Assembly: GCA_043228905.1 (NCBI GenBank)
Contig: JBHGNT010000010.1
Location: forward strand, 12,152,001 to 12,216,000
Length of the DNA stretch: 64,000 nucleotides
Reading direction: 5' to 3'
Source: Azolla caroliniana
Taxonomy: Eukaryota; Plantae; Polypodiophyta
Under the pieces are notes generated by a model that was not told the origin of the DNA, did not search any database, and saw only the letters and a list, made by a program, of their open reading frames with translations. This document shows, piece by piece, positions 12,190 through 24,513 of this stretch. Position 1 is the first letter of the stretch, and the number at the start of each line of letters is the position of its first letter. Position numbers and translations under genes: made by a program.

Positions 12190-13598
12190 CAAGAGAGAGA
12201 GAGAGAGAGAGAAGAGCGTGAGAACAACGCCATAGATGTGTTCATAACATCAGACATCAAGAACATTGAGAGGCTGATACACCCCACATAGAGAGTGTTG
12301 TAATCTTCTTCCTTGTACATCCAATGTATAGTGAAGCCATGTTCTCCCGTGGCTTTTCTCCCATTTTAGGGTTTCCACGTAAATTTGTGCATTGTACTTT
12401 CTATTCATCTTGTTGTTTATTATTCTGAGTTGTGTACCATCAACATATCTATTGAGGATTGACGATTTGATTCTCGACAGACTGGTATCAGAGCTTGAGG
12501 TGCAAGCATGGAAGGAGGTGTGAGCGGCTTCCCAGGTATGATAGTTCTAAACTCTCATAACTATGCGGACTAGAAGATTAAGATGGAGGACCTTCTCATA
12601 GTCAAAGATTTGTACGAGCTGATTGACAAAGCAGAAATACCCACGGGGGTATTAGAGTCGCAATGGAAACTTCTTAACAGAAAGGTGGTGGCCACCATTC
12701 GATAGTGCGTTGATGTAAGTCTCCTTCAGCATGTGGCGAATGACACGAATGCCCACGAGATGTGGCAGAAGCTGTCAGGTCTATATGAGAGGAAGAACGC
12801 CCTCAATAAAACCTCACTGATGAGAAAGATCGTACATCTGAAATATAGAGATGATGAGAGCATCGTCTAACAGATAAGCACATTCATGGGGTACGAAAAT
12901 CAACTTGCCGCAACCAAGTTCCCCCTTGAGGATGCAATGCAGGCCATCCTGCTACTGTGCACCTTGCCAGATAGCTGGGAGAATCTAGTGGCGACTCTTA
13001 GCACCTCGTGCCAAGAAGAGAACCTGTCTCTACAAATGGTAAAGACAAGTATCTTGAACGAGGAGACGAGGAGGAAGGACAAGGGTGTCCTGTCCCAGGC
13101 AGATGCGAATGTGACACAACATTCAAACAGAGGAAGGAACTGGCGAAGGAGTCCACAAAGAAGGGAAAAATCCCAAGCCAGATTGAAGTCTAGAGGTAAG
13201 CTAACATACTTTTATTGTGGAAAGCCTAGACATTTCCAGAAGGACTACCAACATATTAAGAAGGACAAGGGTGTCGGTAATAATTTTGAACCCAGGAAGA
13301 TTCCTGATGAAAAGGGCACTTCGGCCATTGCTACGTGCAATGAAGAACTTCTGTTCATCTGTGAACAGACAAGTGCAAACCTAGCTAGTGAAGAATGCAC
13401 TTGGGTGATCGATTCTAGTACATCTTTCCATATAACTCCGTCGAGAGAGTATGTCTTGACTTACATAGCTGGGGATGACAATGGAGAGTGCAAGATAGCC
13501 AGAGTCATAAGTGTCTGTGTGACGACGTCAACAGGGTGTCGGTTGACTCTTAAGGAAGTTCGACATGTCCTCGATATCAAGTTGAACCTAATATCAAT
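12190..13598 (+). mobile_element. Ty1/copia 5' fragment: partial 5' LTR (to 12479), PBS, gag-protease
   Basis: PBS TGGTATCAGAGC at 12483; ATG 12508; LPDSWENLV, decayed CCHC, WVIDS protease; cut at 13598 by another LTR. Confidence 0.9.
12483..12494 (+). promoter_or_regulatory. Primer binding site (initiator tRNA-Met)
   Basis: TGGTATCAGAGC 3 nt after the LTR end. Confidence 0.92.
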
Positions 13599-14051
13599 TT
13601 AAAAGAATACAATTGCGGAAGTAAGACAAAACCGGCTTGTCCGGACAACTAAAGCATGCAGGCATAGGTTTGATGGAATCCTTACATGGGAGAGACAAAG
13701 TTAGAGCAGAACACAGAAATGTGTATATTCCAAAACACTAAAAACTCTCTTTACATACAATGTGCTCTGTGAACACTTTTATACAAGTCCTTAAAAGGAC
13801 TGACAGAAGTATTGACAAGTACTTCAATGCTCATACGAGCGGTTGACACTAACTCCACGGAATATGCCTACGTACTAGGCTAAGATTGTAGACCTCTAAC
13901 GACTTCCCAATTACAATTCGATCCATCTCTCTGATTTGGCTCTTGGTTCCGGATATCCATCTGGATACCTATCCGGTTCTCCGTTCTGGATACTGATCCG
14001 GCTCTGGCTTATTGAGCCAATTCGGATCTGGTTGAGCTTGTTTGCTCAACA
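13599..14051 (-). repeat. 3' LTR of a family A copia, with PPT and short 3' region to 14143
   Basis: Reverse-complement similarity to 1240-1600; PPT (plus-strand CTCTCCCTC) at 14052-14060. Confidence 0.85.
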
Positions 14052-14143
14052 CTCTCCCTCAAGCTCAACTTGAGGCCGGATTGTAGTGTTAGTGTTTGTG
14101 GTAGCCAATCCTCTCCTCGGGCTCCCTCTAGCATCCTCCTGCC

Positions 14144-14249
14144 TGTCAGGAATAGTACTAAACAAAGAGAGAATTAGTACTAGAGAAGAGAAGTATTGTC
14201 AGGAATAGTACTAAACAGAGAGAGAATTAGTACTAGAGAAGAGAAGTAC
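14144..14249. repeat. Tandem duplication of the terminal 53 bp of the chromovirus LTR
   Basis: TGTCAGGAATAGTACTAAACA...GAGAAGTA starts at 14144 and again at 14197. Confidence 0.9.
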
Positions 14250-14565
14250 TATTAGTACTAAGAGGACGGGATTGCGTAAGATTCCCGAGAGGAAGAGAGA
14301 ATAGGAGAGAGAGAGAGATAGCGAGAATGAGAGAGAGAGAGAAAGATGATGATAGCATCTAATATATTATGTGAAAGATAAGTACAAAGTGGCTAAGAGG
14401 CTTAAGACTGGCGTTGAACCAATTTGGTTCAAAACAATGCCTTGTGCCTCCTTTTATAGTGTTTTTAGGAATAATCCTGAAGCTTCTAGAATGTTCTAGA
14501 GAGATCTGGAATATACATCAATTTTCTATGATAAAGTATAAATGAAAATAATATCCTATAAATTA

Positions 14566-14636
14566 CAATTGATAGTCTAATGGTAAGAGCTCGACCCATG
14601 TAGCATAAGGTCATGGGTTCGAGTCTTGCCATATCA
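14566..14636 (+). other. tRNA-like Pol III A/B-box cassette inside the LTR (not a functional tRNA)
   Basis: A box TAGTCTAATGG 14573-14583; B box GGTTCGAGTC 14616-14625; tRNA spacing; poor anticodon and acceptor stems. Confidence 0.65.
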
Positions 14637-14652
14637 TGACACTATCTCCCCC

Positions 14653-15697
14653 TTAAAGAAGACGAGTGGAACGAGTCAGCGCTGATTGCGGACCGGGTTT
14701 GTCCGGATACTTTCGGTGGAAATAAGCAAGAAGAACCTGAGCATTGGCAACATGCTCGACGGGTTCCCAAGTACGTTCGCTCGGACTATAATCGAGCCAA
14801 TCGACCAAATAATAAAGTTTGTTGCAAACAAGTTTGGAATCGAGGATGGCAGCAACTTCATACTCCGGGTCGGCGTCCAACTCCAGCGGCGGCAGCGGTG
14901 GTGTAACATGATCGGGAATGGTGTTTGCTTTATAAGGTTCAAGAAGAGAACAATGGAAAACCGGATGTATCTGAAGCTGCGGAGCGAGATCAAGGCGGAA
15001 TGTGACATCATTAACCTTACCCGTAATACGGAAAGGACCGAGTCGTCGATAATCCAACTTGTCGCATGGTCGAGTAGTCTTGATGTGACGACGTAAGAGC
15101 CATACTCGATCTCCGATGGCAAAAGAGGAGGGAATCCGATGACGATCCGCATAAGTCTTCTGTGTGTGTTGAGCATGACGAAGGTGAGTAGAGAGATCCA
15201 TCTGGATCTTGCGTAGCCTCTCCAAATGATCCTCGACACGAGGGTTGGTAGGTAGCTCTGGGGTGTCGATCACCGACCAGCGAGGATGAAAACCGGTATA
15301 AGCGAAAAATGGGGAGACCTGAGTCGAGGAGTGAATAGCATTATTGTACGCAAACTCCGCAAAGTGGAGAATCTCAGCCCAATCGTCCTGTTGATAACTC
15401 AGGAAACACCGGAGATATTGTTCTAGTGTTTGGTTTGTTCGTTCCGCCTGCCCATCGGTTTGGGGATGGTAGCCGGAGGAGAGGTTGCAAGAGACCTTGA
15501 GCATCTTGAAGAGATGTTGCCAAAATTTGGAGACGAATTGAGGTCCTCGGTCACTGATGATACTGTCTGGGAGGTCGTGAGGCCGAAATACCTCACGCAT
15601 GACGAGGGCGGCGGTTTCCTCGCTAGTGATGGCCTTAGTACACGGCACAAAATGTGCCATCTTCATATATCGATCGACGACGGTTAAGATAGCATCC
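14653..15697 (-). CDS. pol: Integrase core, GPF motif and group I chromodomain (5' truncated)
   Basis: SDRGPQF, YHPQTDGQAER, LGPF, HPVFH, EYEVAAILD...YLVDW...RTWEP. Confidence 0.92.
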
Positions 15698-15723
15698 GCA
15701 CATAGTGACGGATTCTCACGACA

Positions 15724-18700
15724 TCGTGCTTCTGCGCGTAGCCTTTCGATACTAACCGGGCCTTGTAGCTGTTGACTGAGCCGTCAGTGTTGTATTTGAC
15801 CTTGTACACCCACCTACATCCGATCGACTTCAAACATTTCGGTGCGTCAACCAGGTCCTAGGTTTCATTCTCTGCTAATGCGCGCATCTCTTCCTCCATT
15901 GCGGCATGCCAATTCGCGCCCTTTGCCGCTTCTGCGTAGCTCTCCAGATCACGCAATTCTGCTAGACGGCTCATGTACGCATAGTGATGTGCCATGTACT
16001 CATTGTATCCAAACCGCAAAATAGGGTTCTTCTGGAGGGTAGATCGGCGTAATTGCTGATTAGCCGATGTTGAGGCGTTCTTAGCCGACACAGACTTTGC
16101 TCTCGAAGACCCGTCATCACTTCCCTCGGAGTTGGACTCGCGTTGATCCGACTCATTCCTATCCGTGCCGTAATCCGACACCTTTTTCTTCCCTTTTTCC
16201 TTGCACGTAAGCCGTCTCCTCAGCTTCCTGCGCAGGGAATGCACGACCGAGTCTCCACTACTCGCCGGCTCTTCATCGGACTGGTCGAACTAACTAAGTT
16301 GTCCATTCGGTCCACTTAACCGAAACGAAATCGGTCTCTCTTCATGGGTCCCGATTTCAGGCTCATCCAGAGGCATCTCAGCCTCGCTAACCTCATAAGA
16401 ACTCCGATTGGAGGTGAGGTCTGGAGTTGGAGGCAAGTACCAGGATGCAAACTCGTCAAACACAACGTTGCGGCTCACACGCGCTTGTTTGGTGCGATGG
16501 TTATAACACTTATAACCCTTCTATTCGTCCGAATAGCCGACCAAAATATACTTCTCGGCTTCCACATCCAGCTTCCTCTACTTCTCCTTCGGTACATGCA
16601 CATATGCAATGCTACCGAAAACTCTTAAGTGTCGCAAATTCGGCTTCGTTCCGAAGTATAGCTCATGTGCCAACACATTTTCTCCGATTCGGTTTTGGAT
16701 GTAGACTGCGGTCCGAACCGCTTCGGCCCAGTACAACTTGGGCAAACTCTTCTCCTCCATCATTGCCCGTGCTGCTTCCACAACCGACTGATTTTTTCCT
16801 TTCGGCCACGCCGTTTTGCTCCGACGTATATCTGCAATTGAATTTGCGTCGAATTCCCATCTGTTGTAGATACCTGTTGAATTGACCGGAAAAGTACTCT
16901 TTTCCGCTATCCGACCATAGGCACTTGATCTTTCTTCTAGTTTCCCTTTCGACGAAACTCTTGAGGTCTCGGAAACAGTCGAAGACTTCACTCTTCTTCT
17001 CAATGAGGTAGATCCACGTGTGCCGCATATAGTCGTTGATGAAGGAGACGAAATATTGACTCCCGCCAAGACTAACGTTCTATGCCGGCCCCCATTCATT
17101 GGAACGTATCATGTCAAGCTTGTTCCGGCTCCGGTTACGCTCGTTGGGGAAAGGAAGTCGGTGTTGCTTCCCTAGCTGGCATGCTTCACAAATTTGTGCC
17201 TTTCGGGCACTAAATTTGGGCAATCCGAACACCACCTGTTTCGATTGCAGGTCCTGAAGTCGTTGATAGTTAACGTGGCCTATCCACTTGTGTCATAAGT
17301 CGATATCCGACTCGACTTTTTGTCCTTTCGTGAACATTGGGGTGCCACCATCACTAGAATCGAGGATAAACATCCTCCCGTCTTTGTGCCCTTGCGCAAT
17401 AACTCGGCTTTTTTCCTCGATGAAGCACCCGAGATGCGTGAACTGGACTTGCATCCCCTGGTCGACGATCTGCTCGACCGACACCAGATTCTTTGTGATT
17501 GTCGGGATGTGTTACATGTTCATGAGTTTCCCTTTTTGCTCAACATGGCTCAGGGGAACTTCACTGACATTCACGATCGGATGCGGAGTGTCGTCTCCGG
17601 TTGCGACTACTCCCGGTTGCATCGGTTTCTCAAGGTATGAGAACCACTCCTTGTGGCACGTCATGTGGTTTGATGCGCCGGAGTCAACGTACCACACCTC
17701 GTCCGACTTCGGGGTGGACTTCTTCATCGAGTTTGCTTTGTGTCTCATCCGGATCCTTCGGCGTAGTGCAATCACTGTAGATGTCCTTTGTCGGTTTGTC
17801 CGGAACCTGATTCGAACCCAGTTCTCTCCGAATCGGCGCGCTTTTTCTAGCACTCGCTCTCCGTGTGGCCTTTCTTGCCACAATACTAGCATTCCGTGGC
17901 GGATTTCCCTTGCCGGTTCTCATCGCCTCGACTCGCTGTCGTCATCACTTTGGTGCCTTCTTCCTTGATCCCGTCGGCCGCCTCCATTGCGCACCAACTC
18001 GCCTCGTCCACCACGACCACGGAGTCTATCTCCCTTCGTGTACAACATCTTGCTGTCGGAATGCATGCTCGTCGATGCACCCGTGCGGTTCTCCTCTATA
18101 AGGAGCATCGACTGTAGGTTGAAAAATGATGGTGTATTCTCTCATGTACACACAGCAGTTCGGAACGCTCCGAACTTTGACGCCAGTCCCCCGAGACAGA
18201 TCTGCACCATCTCACCTTCCTCGACGTTCACATCGATAGAGGCTAAGGAGTCGCATATGTCTTTGATCTTCAAGGTGTAGTCAGCCAATGACAAGTCGCG
18301 TTGTCGTAAGTTCCTCAGCTCTTGTCGGAGTTGAAGCTTCCTAGCTGTGGTACTTGCGGCAAAAATCTTCTTCAGATTTCCCCAAGCATCCTTCGGCGTT
18401 TCCGCATCCCGAATATAGCTCAGAAGCTGTTCGCCCACACAAGACGCGAAGCAGTAGAGAACTCTGCTTGCCAACTGTTCCCAAGCTGGGAAGTCCTTGT
18501 GTGTCGAATCGGATGTTGTGTCATTTGCTCCGTCAACATAGCTCCAGTAACCATGCCCAAGCAGGTACTGGTGCATCTTGTAGGACCAAGACACATAGTT
18601 GTTTTTGTCGAGCTTCTCTATCGGAAGCGAGCTAGCCATGCCTCTATCCATTTGTTTTACCTGTTCTTCTTGCTTGGTTTTCCTTTCAAGCTATATCGGC

Positions 18701-18995
18701 TGTAGAGGTTCTCAACCCTCGTGCTCTGATACCAAGAAAAGAATAGCGTGCAGAAGCAAGTAGAAAACCGAACACAGAAAATATGCAGGTTTAATGGAGG
18801 GCTTGAATATACAAGTACGCGGGAGAGACAGAGAGAGAGAGATACACAACAAAAAACGATTCAAAACAATACTCGATCTATACATAGATGTGCTCAGTGA
18901 GCACTTTTATACAAGTCCATACGGACTGACAGAAGTACTGACACGTACTTCAATGCTCATAGATGAGCTCTACACTAACTCCTAAAATATATTCA
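15724..18995 (-). mobile_element. Family A copia 5' part: partial 5' LTR, PBS, gag, protease, integrase, RT start; decayed
   Basis: PBS at 18723-18734; gag ORF 18142-18651; WYVDSGASNHM; EQNGVAER; RT motif YKARLV. Confidence 0.9.
18723..18734 (-). promoter_or_regulatory. Primer binding site (initiator tRNA-Met)
   Basis: GCTCTGATACCA on the plus strand. Confidence 0.9.
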
Positions 18996-20679
18996 TACGC
19001 CTTCGCCACTGCCACTGCCACTGCAAGGAAAACACAAACAATCGTCATCTTTCCGACCGGCATGAATGTCTCATCGTAATCGATGTTGTGTTGTTGCTCG
19101 TAGCCCTTGGCCACTAACCGGGCCTTGTACCTATTAATGGAGCCGTTAGTGTTGTATTTCACCTTGTACACCCACTGGCAACCGATTGGCTTCACTCCTT
19201 TTAGTACATTGACTAAATCCCACGTCTCGTTTTCCATGAGTGCGTGCATCTCTTCCTCCATGGCCTTCCACCAAATCTAGTCCTTAGCCGCGTCAACCCA
19301 TGTACGCATAATGATGCGCCATATACTCATTATACCCGTACCTCTTCACGGGGTTCTTCTGGTGGGTAGATCTGCGCAATTCCCGAGTCGCCGATTTTGC
19401 AGCCTTCTCAGCCGACTTCGACCTCTTCCTAGGAGGTTCCTTTTTGTTCGTTCGGGAGTTGGATTCACTTCAATTTGATTGAGCGATACCGGTGTCATAC
19501 TCCCACATCTTCTTCATCCCCTTCTCTTTGCACGTGAACGGTCTCGTTGGTTCCTTGGGTGGAGAGAGTATGACCGAGTCTTCACTACTAGCCGACTCAT
19601 CATCCGGTTGACCACTCCAACACAACCAGTCCGGATTCGGTCCACTAATCCGAAGAGAAGTCGAACTATCTGACTGCTCGGATTCCGCGACACTTCTCTT
19701 TGTTCCAAATTCCACCGGATCATCAACTGCAATCGGCTCGGGCTCGGGTGGAGAGAAGTACCAAGATGCCGATTCATCAAAAACGACATCTCCATTGACT
19801 CGGACCGCTTTCGATCGGGGGTTATAACACTAATAACCCTTCTGTTCTATGTGGAATAGCTCTCGGCAACAACCAATTCTCACAATGGAAGAAATGATCA
19901 GGAAATAGCAATGCACTTATATAGACAACAGAGATGACACCAAATGTGTAAAGAATAGCATTCGGAAACTTGTAGACAAACAGGTTTATTCGGATAGTGA
20001 CAGAAAACAGAGGCAAGGTTTGGTGAAGGTGGCAGCCGTGAACCGTGTCTTTGGTTCCTTGCGCGGGGTGAGCATGACCGAGTCTCCACTACTCGCCGGC
20101 TCGTCATCGAACTGGTCATTCTGGACTGAGTCTCCACTTAACCGGAATGAGATCGGACTCTCATCTAGAGTATTGAATCCTTCTTCATCTTCTACCCGGA
20201 TCGTTTCGGGCTCACTGGCCTCATCCTCCGGAATAGGGTCGGAGTCGGACATTAGAGTGGGGAGAGAGTACCATGATGTCAACTCATCAAATTCGACATC
20301 TCGACTAACTCGAACTTGTTTTGTTCGGGGGTTCTAACACTTATAACCCTTTTGCTCATGTGAGTAGCTGACAATGATGCACTTCTCCAACTTCGGGTCC
20401 AGCTTTCTTCGCTTCTCATCTGGCACATGCACATATGCAATGCCAACAAATATCTTAAGTTGCCTTAAATTCGGCATCTGCCCGAAATAAAGCTCGTGTG
20501 CTGACACCTTATCCCTGATCCGGTTTTGGATGTAGACGATCGTCTGGATCGCTTCAGCCCAATAGAACTTGGGCATGCTCTTCACTTCTAGAATTGTCCT
20601 TGCCGCCTCCATAATTGACCGGTTCTTCCTTTTGGCCACATTGTTTCGTTCTGGTGTGTATCTGCAACTGAATTCTCTC
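18996..20679 (-). mobile_element. Two further copia internal fragments (integrase C-term to RT start 18996-19861; integrase C-term 20036-20679)
   Basis: ORFs 18950-19261 (WVYKVKY...YKARLVAKGY) and 20334-20699 (AYVHVPDEKRRKLDPK). Confidence 0.85.
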
Positions 20680-21701
20680 TGTTGGCCGTTGGCAGCCAAG
20701 TATGTAATGAGGAAGGGCCGAGCCGGTTTGCGGATATAAAATAATATTATTAATTAGGGGAATGGACGGATCCGGAATAGGTGTGCCGATCCGGATCCGG
20801 ACGGATTCGTAGCCGGTTGTCGGTTAGGCACCATTTTGTAACACAGAACCGGATACCTAAAAAATGATCCGGGTATCGATGTATTAAGGGACGAAATATT
20901 AATATAAGGAAGTTTTGTTATTATATCTTGTGGATCTTCATATTCTATTCCGTTCTGCACTCCATGAATGAATCTTACGCGTGTACTTGAGGTGTGTTGT
21001 GAATATGGATACCGAACAAGACGACAACCGGTTATGGTTGTTAAGTGCTAAATCCCTTACTGTAACCACCCTTTGGCGAAGTGTTCCGAAGGGACACCTT
21101 GTGTTAGAGGCAATTAGTGAACAACAGGGGGATGGATGACTAGGCCAACAAACGACCCAGTCACCGAACGAGTGAGAAGACTAGCCGAGAGACTGCGGAG
21201 GCGGGAGGCTTACCAACAGGCGGCTGAGGAGATTCGATCGGATTGGTCTTTCTCCAACGTGATTCGGCGGGTCACAGAGGAGTCACTCCGGTTACAACAC
21301 AATCCATACCCGGACGAAGGAAGCAGTTTGAGCAGTTTGCAGAACGCAGAATCCATCCTACAGACCCTTGTAGCAGGAGAGGGAGATGGGGGGCGTTGTC
21401 GGCGATTGAATCGAATTCGGACAGGGAGCACAACGTTCAGTCCAACTACCGAAGTAGTCACGACACCCCGAAAGACCCGGACGACGAAGATTCGGAAAAT
21501 CTACCAATGCCAGAACCAGAAACAAAGAAACCGGCATCCTCGGTCAACGAACCAAGCTCAGACGAGCAAGTACCGACATCACCACACAACCAATTGGAAA
21601 CTCAGGAGGAACGTGCTCCGACATCACCATTTGAGTCACCAAAGAAGTAGGAGGAGCAGGTACCGACACAACCTCTGGCAAAACTGATAGACGATGACAC
21701 C

Positions 21702-22006
21702 ATGTCGAACACAACTTCCCTTAGATAGGTTTCACACTAGCTCATGGACATGTTGGGCTAGTTTTGTAAATAATAGAAAGGGCACTTGCCCTAGCTTAGT
21801 TGGTATATAAACCAACGCATTGTAACTTAGTTGTTGTTGGATGTTTTATGTTTTGATGTAATTTTGGTTAATATACAGTTTTTCCATCTCTGTCGTAAGA
21901 GCTCTCTCTCTCACACACACACTCTCTCTATCTTGACACACACACACAAACACACACACACTCATCTTCCGCTGCATTACAACTACTCTTGCCTCATTTC
22001 TTTACA
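21702..22006 (+). repeat. 5' LTR of B (first ~8 bp missing)
   Basis: Near-identical to 55338-55671; followed by PBS. Confidence 0.9.
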
Positions 22007-22240
22007 TGGTATTAGAGCGTGTGGTTGTCTGATCAAGCTTATTCGACTATGTTGTGCTGCACGCCGACGATCAACAGAACCGGCCCATCGACAGAGAAGA
22101 AATCACCATGAATACTCAAACGGGAAGCGCTCTTCCTACCGAGAAGCTTGACAGAACGAACTTTGCATCTTGGGAATACAAGATGCATCAATACCTTGTC
22201 AAACAAGGATATTGGAGCTACATCGAAGGAGCTCATGAAT

Positions 22241-22851
22241 TGTTAGGATTTCGGTCCCTCCGGATGGGATATGAGTACCTGGCAACGCACCTGGCAAGGA
22301 AGACTCGGTGAGAACCAGATGTGCAGGCCCGGTGAGAAGCTCTCACCGGATGAAGGGACATATATGGAAATATGTTTCTAAGAGCCCATTGGGGCTATAT
22401 CTATAAATAGTCCTAATGTCATATTAGTATAAATATGACCTAGGGCAAACAGAGTGTAGTAGTGTATCATTGTGTTGTCATTATTTTATATAGAGTTATT
22501 GGTGTAATTATTGTACAGAGCGTAGCAGAGGGAAAGAGAGACAGAGACAGAGATAGAGTGTGTCTCTGTTGTAACTACCGTCAAGCAAGATTGAGAGCAA
22601 GAGATCGTTGCCTCTATGTTCCTCTGTTGTATTCTCCTTACATAGTGATAGTTGGAGCTAGTGGGCTCCCGTGGTTTTTCCCGTTTAGGGTTTTCCACGT
22701 AAACATACTGTGTACTCTCTCTTGCTCATATTATTTGTGTGTACATGCATTTATCTTCATTGCCCATTTCTTCTATGGTTGTGATTCTAACGAAGTGATT
22801 GAAGTCTCGGTTCTGGCCGAGATATATTCTGCACACGCATATTTCGCATCA
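22241..22851 (+). repeat. 5' LTR of C
   Basis: TG...CA; matches 50527-51168 apart from one ~30 bp U3 repeat unit. Confidence 0.92.
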
Positions 22852-24513
22852 ATCTAGTATCAGAGCAAAACGACACAGAAAATGGAAGATTCATTTGGCG
22901 GCATGTTCAAGCTCACCGGCTCCAACTACTCAATGTGGATGTCGAAGATGAGGGACATGCTCGTGGTTAAAGATCTTTGGGTCTCGGTTCAGTTTGGGGA
23001 CAAGAGATCGGACAAGATCGATGCCACGATATGGGAGGTGATGCACATGAAGACAACGGTGTACATACGGTGGTTCATCGACATGAGCTTGTACACCAAC
23101 TTTAATGAGGAGAGTAATCCTCATGAGCTCTGGGAGAAGATCAACATTATGTTCTAGAACAAGAATGCCGTTAATCGGGTTTTGGTATTCTGGAAGCTAG
23201 TGCGGCTCCGGTACCAAGATGGCTCTAGTATGGCGGAGCACATGAATGCCTTCCAGGGGCTGATTCACCAAGCAACATCGTTGGAAGTACCTCTCGCTGA
23301 TGAGGTACTAGCAGTGCTCCTGCTCGGTTCCCTCCCAGATAGCTGGGAGACGTTAGTTGTCACTTTGGGCAACGCCGGACCGGAAGGAAAACAATTATCC
23401 CTAGCAAGAGTCAAGTCGAGCTTGCTAGATGAGGAGGCGCGTCGGAAAGACAAGGATACGAGCTCCGACTCCAAAGCGCTCCTTACCGAATCGGAACGCG
23501 GAAGACAAAGGAACTAGAGTGCCTAGAACCGGGAAAACTTGGGGACACGGTCAAAGTCAAGGGGAAGGCGCACTTGCTTCTACTGTGGGAAGCCGAGGCA
23601 CTTCCAGAAGAAATGTCGGCATTTCCAGAAAGACAAGGAAACCGACAATACCGATTCAAAGCGGTCACGGACCGAAACGGTAAAGACCGGAGGGGACCGG
23701 AGCAGAAGGGAATGACGACAATCGTGGCAAGTGAAGAAGAGTTGATGCTCATCACCGAGGAGAGTGAGTTGAACCTTGTTGGCGACGAGACAATGTGGGT
23801 GGTCGATTCCGGAGTGTCGTTCCACCTAACCCCGAACCGGAAATGCTTCTCATCCTACACAACCGGTGATCACAACTGTGTCCGGATGGGGAATGAAGGT
23901 ACATGCCGAATTGTTGGCGTAGGAGACGTGTGGCTGACAACACCAACCAGATACAAGTTGCTGCTGAAGGATGTCCGACACGTTCTGGAGGTTCGATTGA
24001 ACCTTATATCAGCCGATCGGCTAGATGATGAAGGTTATACACGGGTAGCATCCGGAACGGTGTTATGAAGTTCAACAAAGGGAGCCTAATAGTGGCTCAG
24101 GCCCGGAAAGTCAACACTTTGTACCTGATGAATGCCCGGTTATGCCCGGAAGAAGTGAACGTTGCATCCGACACTACCGGTAAGCTGTGGCACAAGAGAC
24201 TGTGTCACATGAGCGAGAAGGGGATGAAGAGGCTTGCCTTTGCTAACCTCATTCCGGTGAAAGACGTGCATCTTGAGAAGTGCACCGATTGCATGACCGG
24301 TAAGCAAAACCGGACCTCCTTCCTCTCAAGACCACTGATGAGACGTAATGCACCACTGGAGTTGGTGCATATCGATGTGTGTCAAGTGGACACGAAGTCA
24401 CATGCTGGATCGCAGTACTTCGTGACGTTCATAGACGACCACAACCGGAAGCTGTGGGCCACACCATTGAGGACGAAGGATCAGGTGTTATCCATCTTCA
24501 GGGAGCTCCACGC

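Larger units (their letters stand above)
7056..12190 (+). mobile_element. L1-type LINE, near full length, decayed
   Basis: ORF1 followed 13 nt later by EN-RT-zf ORF2; AT-rich and CpG-poor; boundaries approximate, no poly(A) or TSD seen. Confidence 0.92.
14144..15697 (-). mobile_element. Chromovirus (Tcn1-like Ty3/gypsy) 3' fragment: integrase-chromodomain, PPT, 3' LTR 14144-14641
   Basis: TGTCA...TGACA LTR; PPT AGGGGGAGATAG; integrase and chromodomain ORF adjacent. Confidence 0.9.

Noticed and set aside
12094-12215. LINE poly(A) tail and TSD
   Set aside because: None found; the (GA)n tract more likely belongs to the adjacent copia LTR
14566-14636. Functional tRNA gene (also 24614-24688)
   Set aside because: A and B boxes are present but the acceptor and anticodon stems do not pair; reported only as tRNA-like cassettes
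13599-18995. LTRs at 13599-14051 and 18735-18995 as the pair of one element
   Set aside because: Same family but visibly too diverged in U5, with no TSD; more likely two copies joined by deletion
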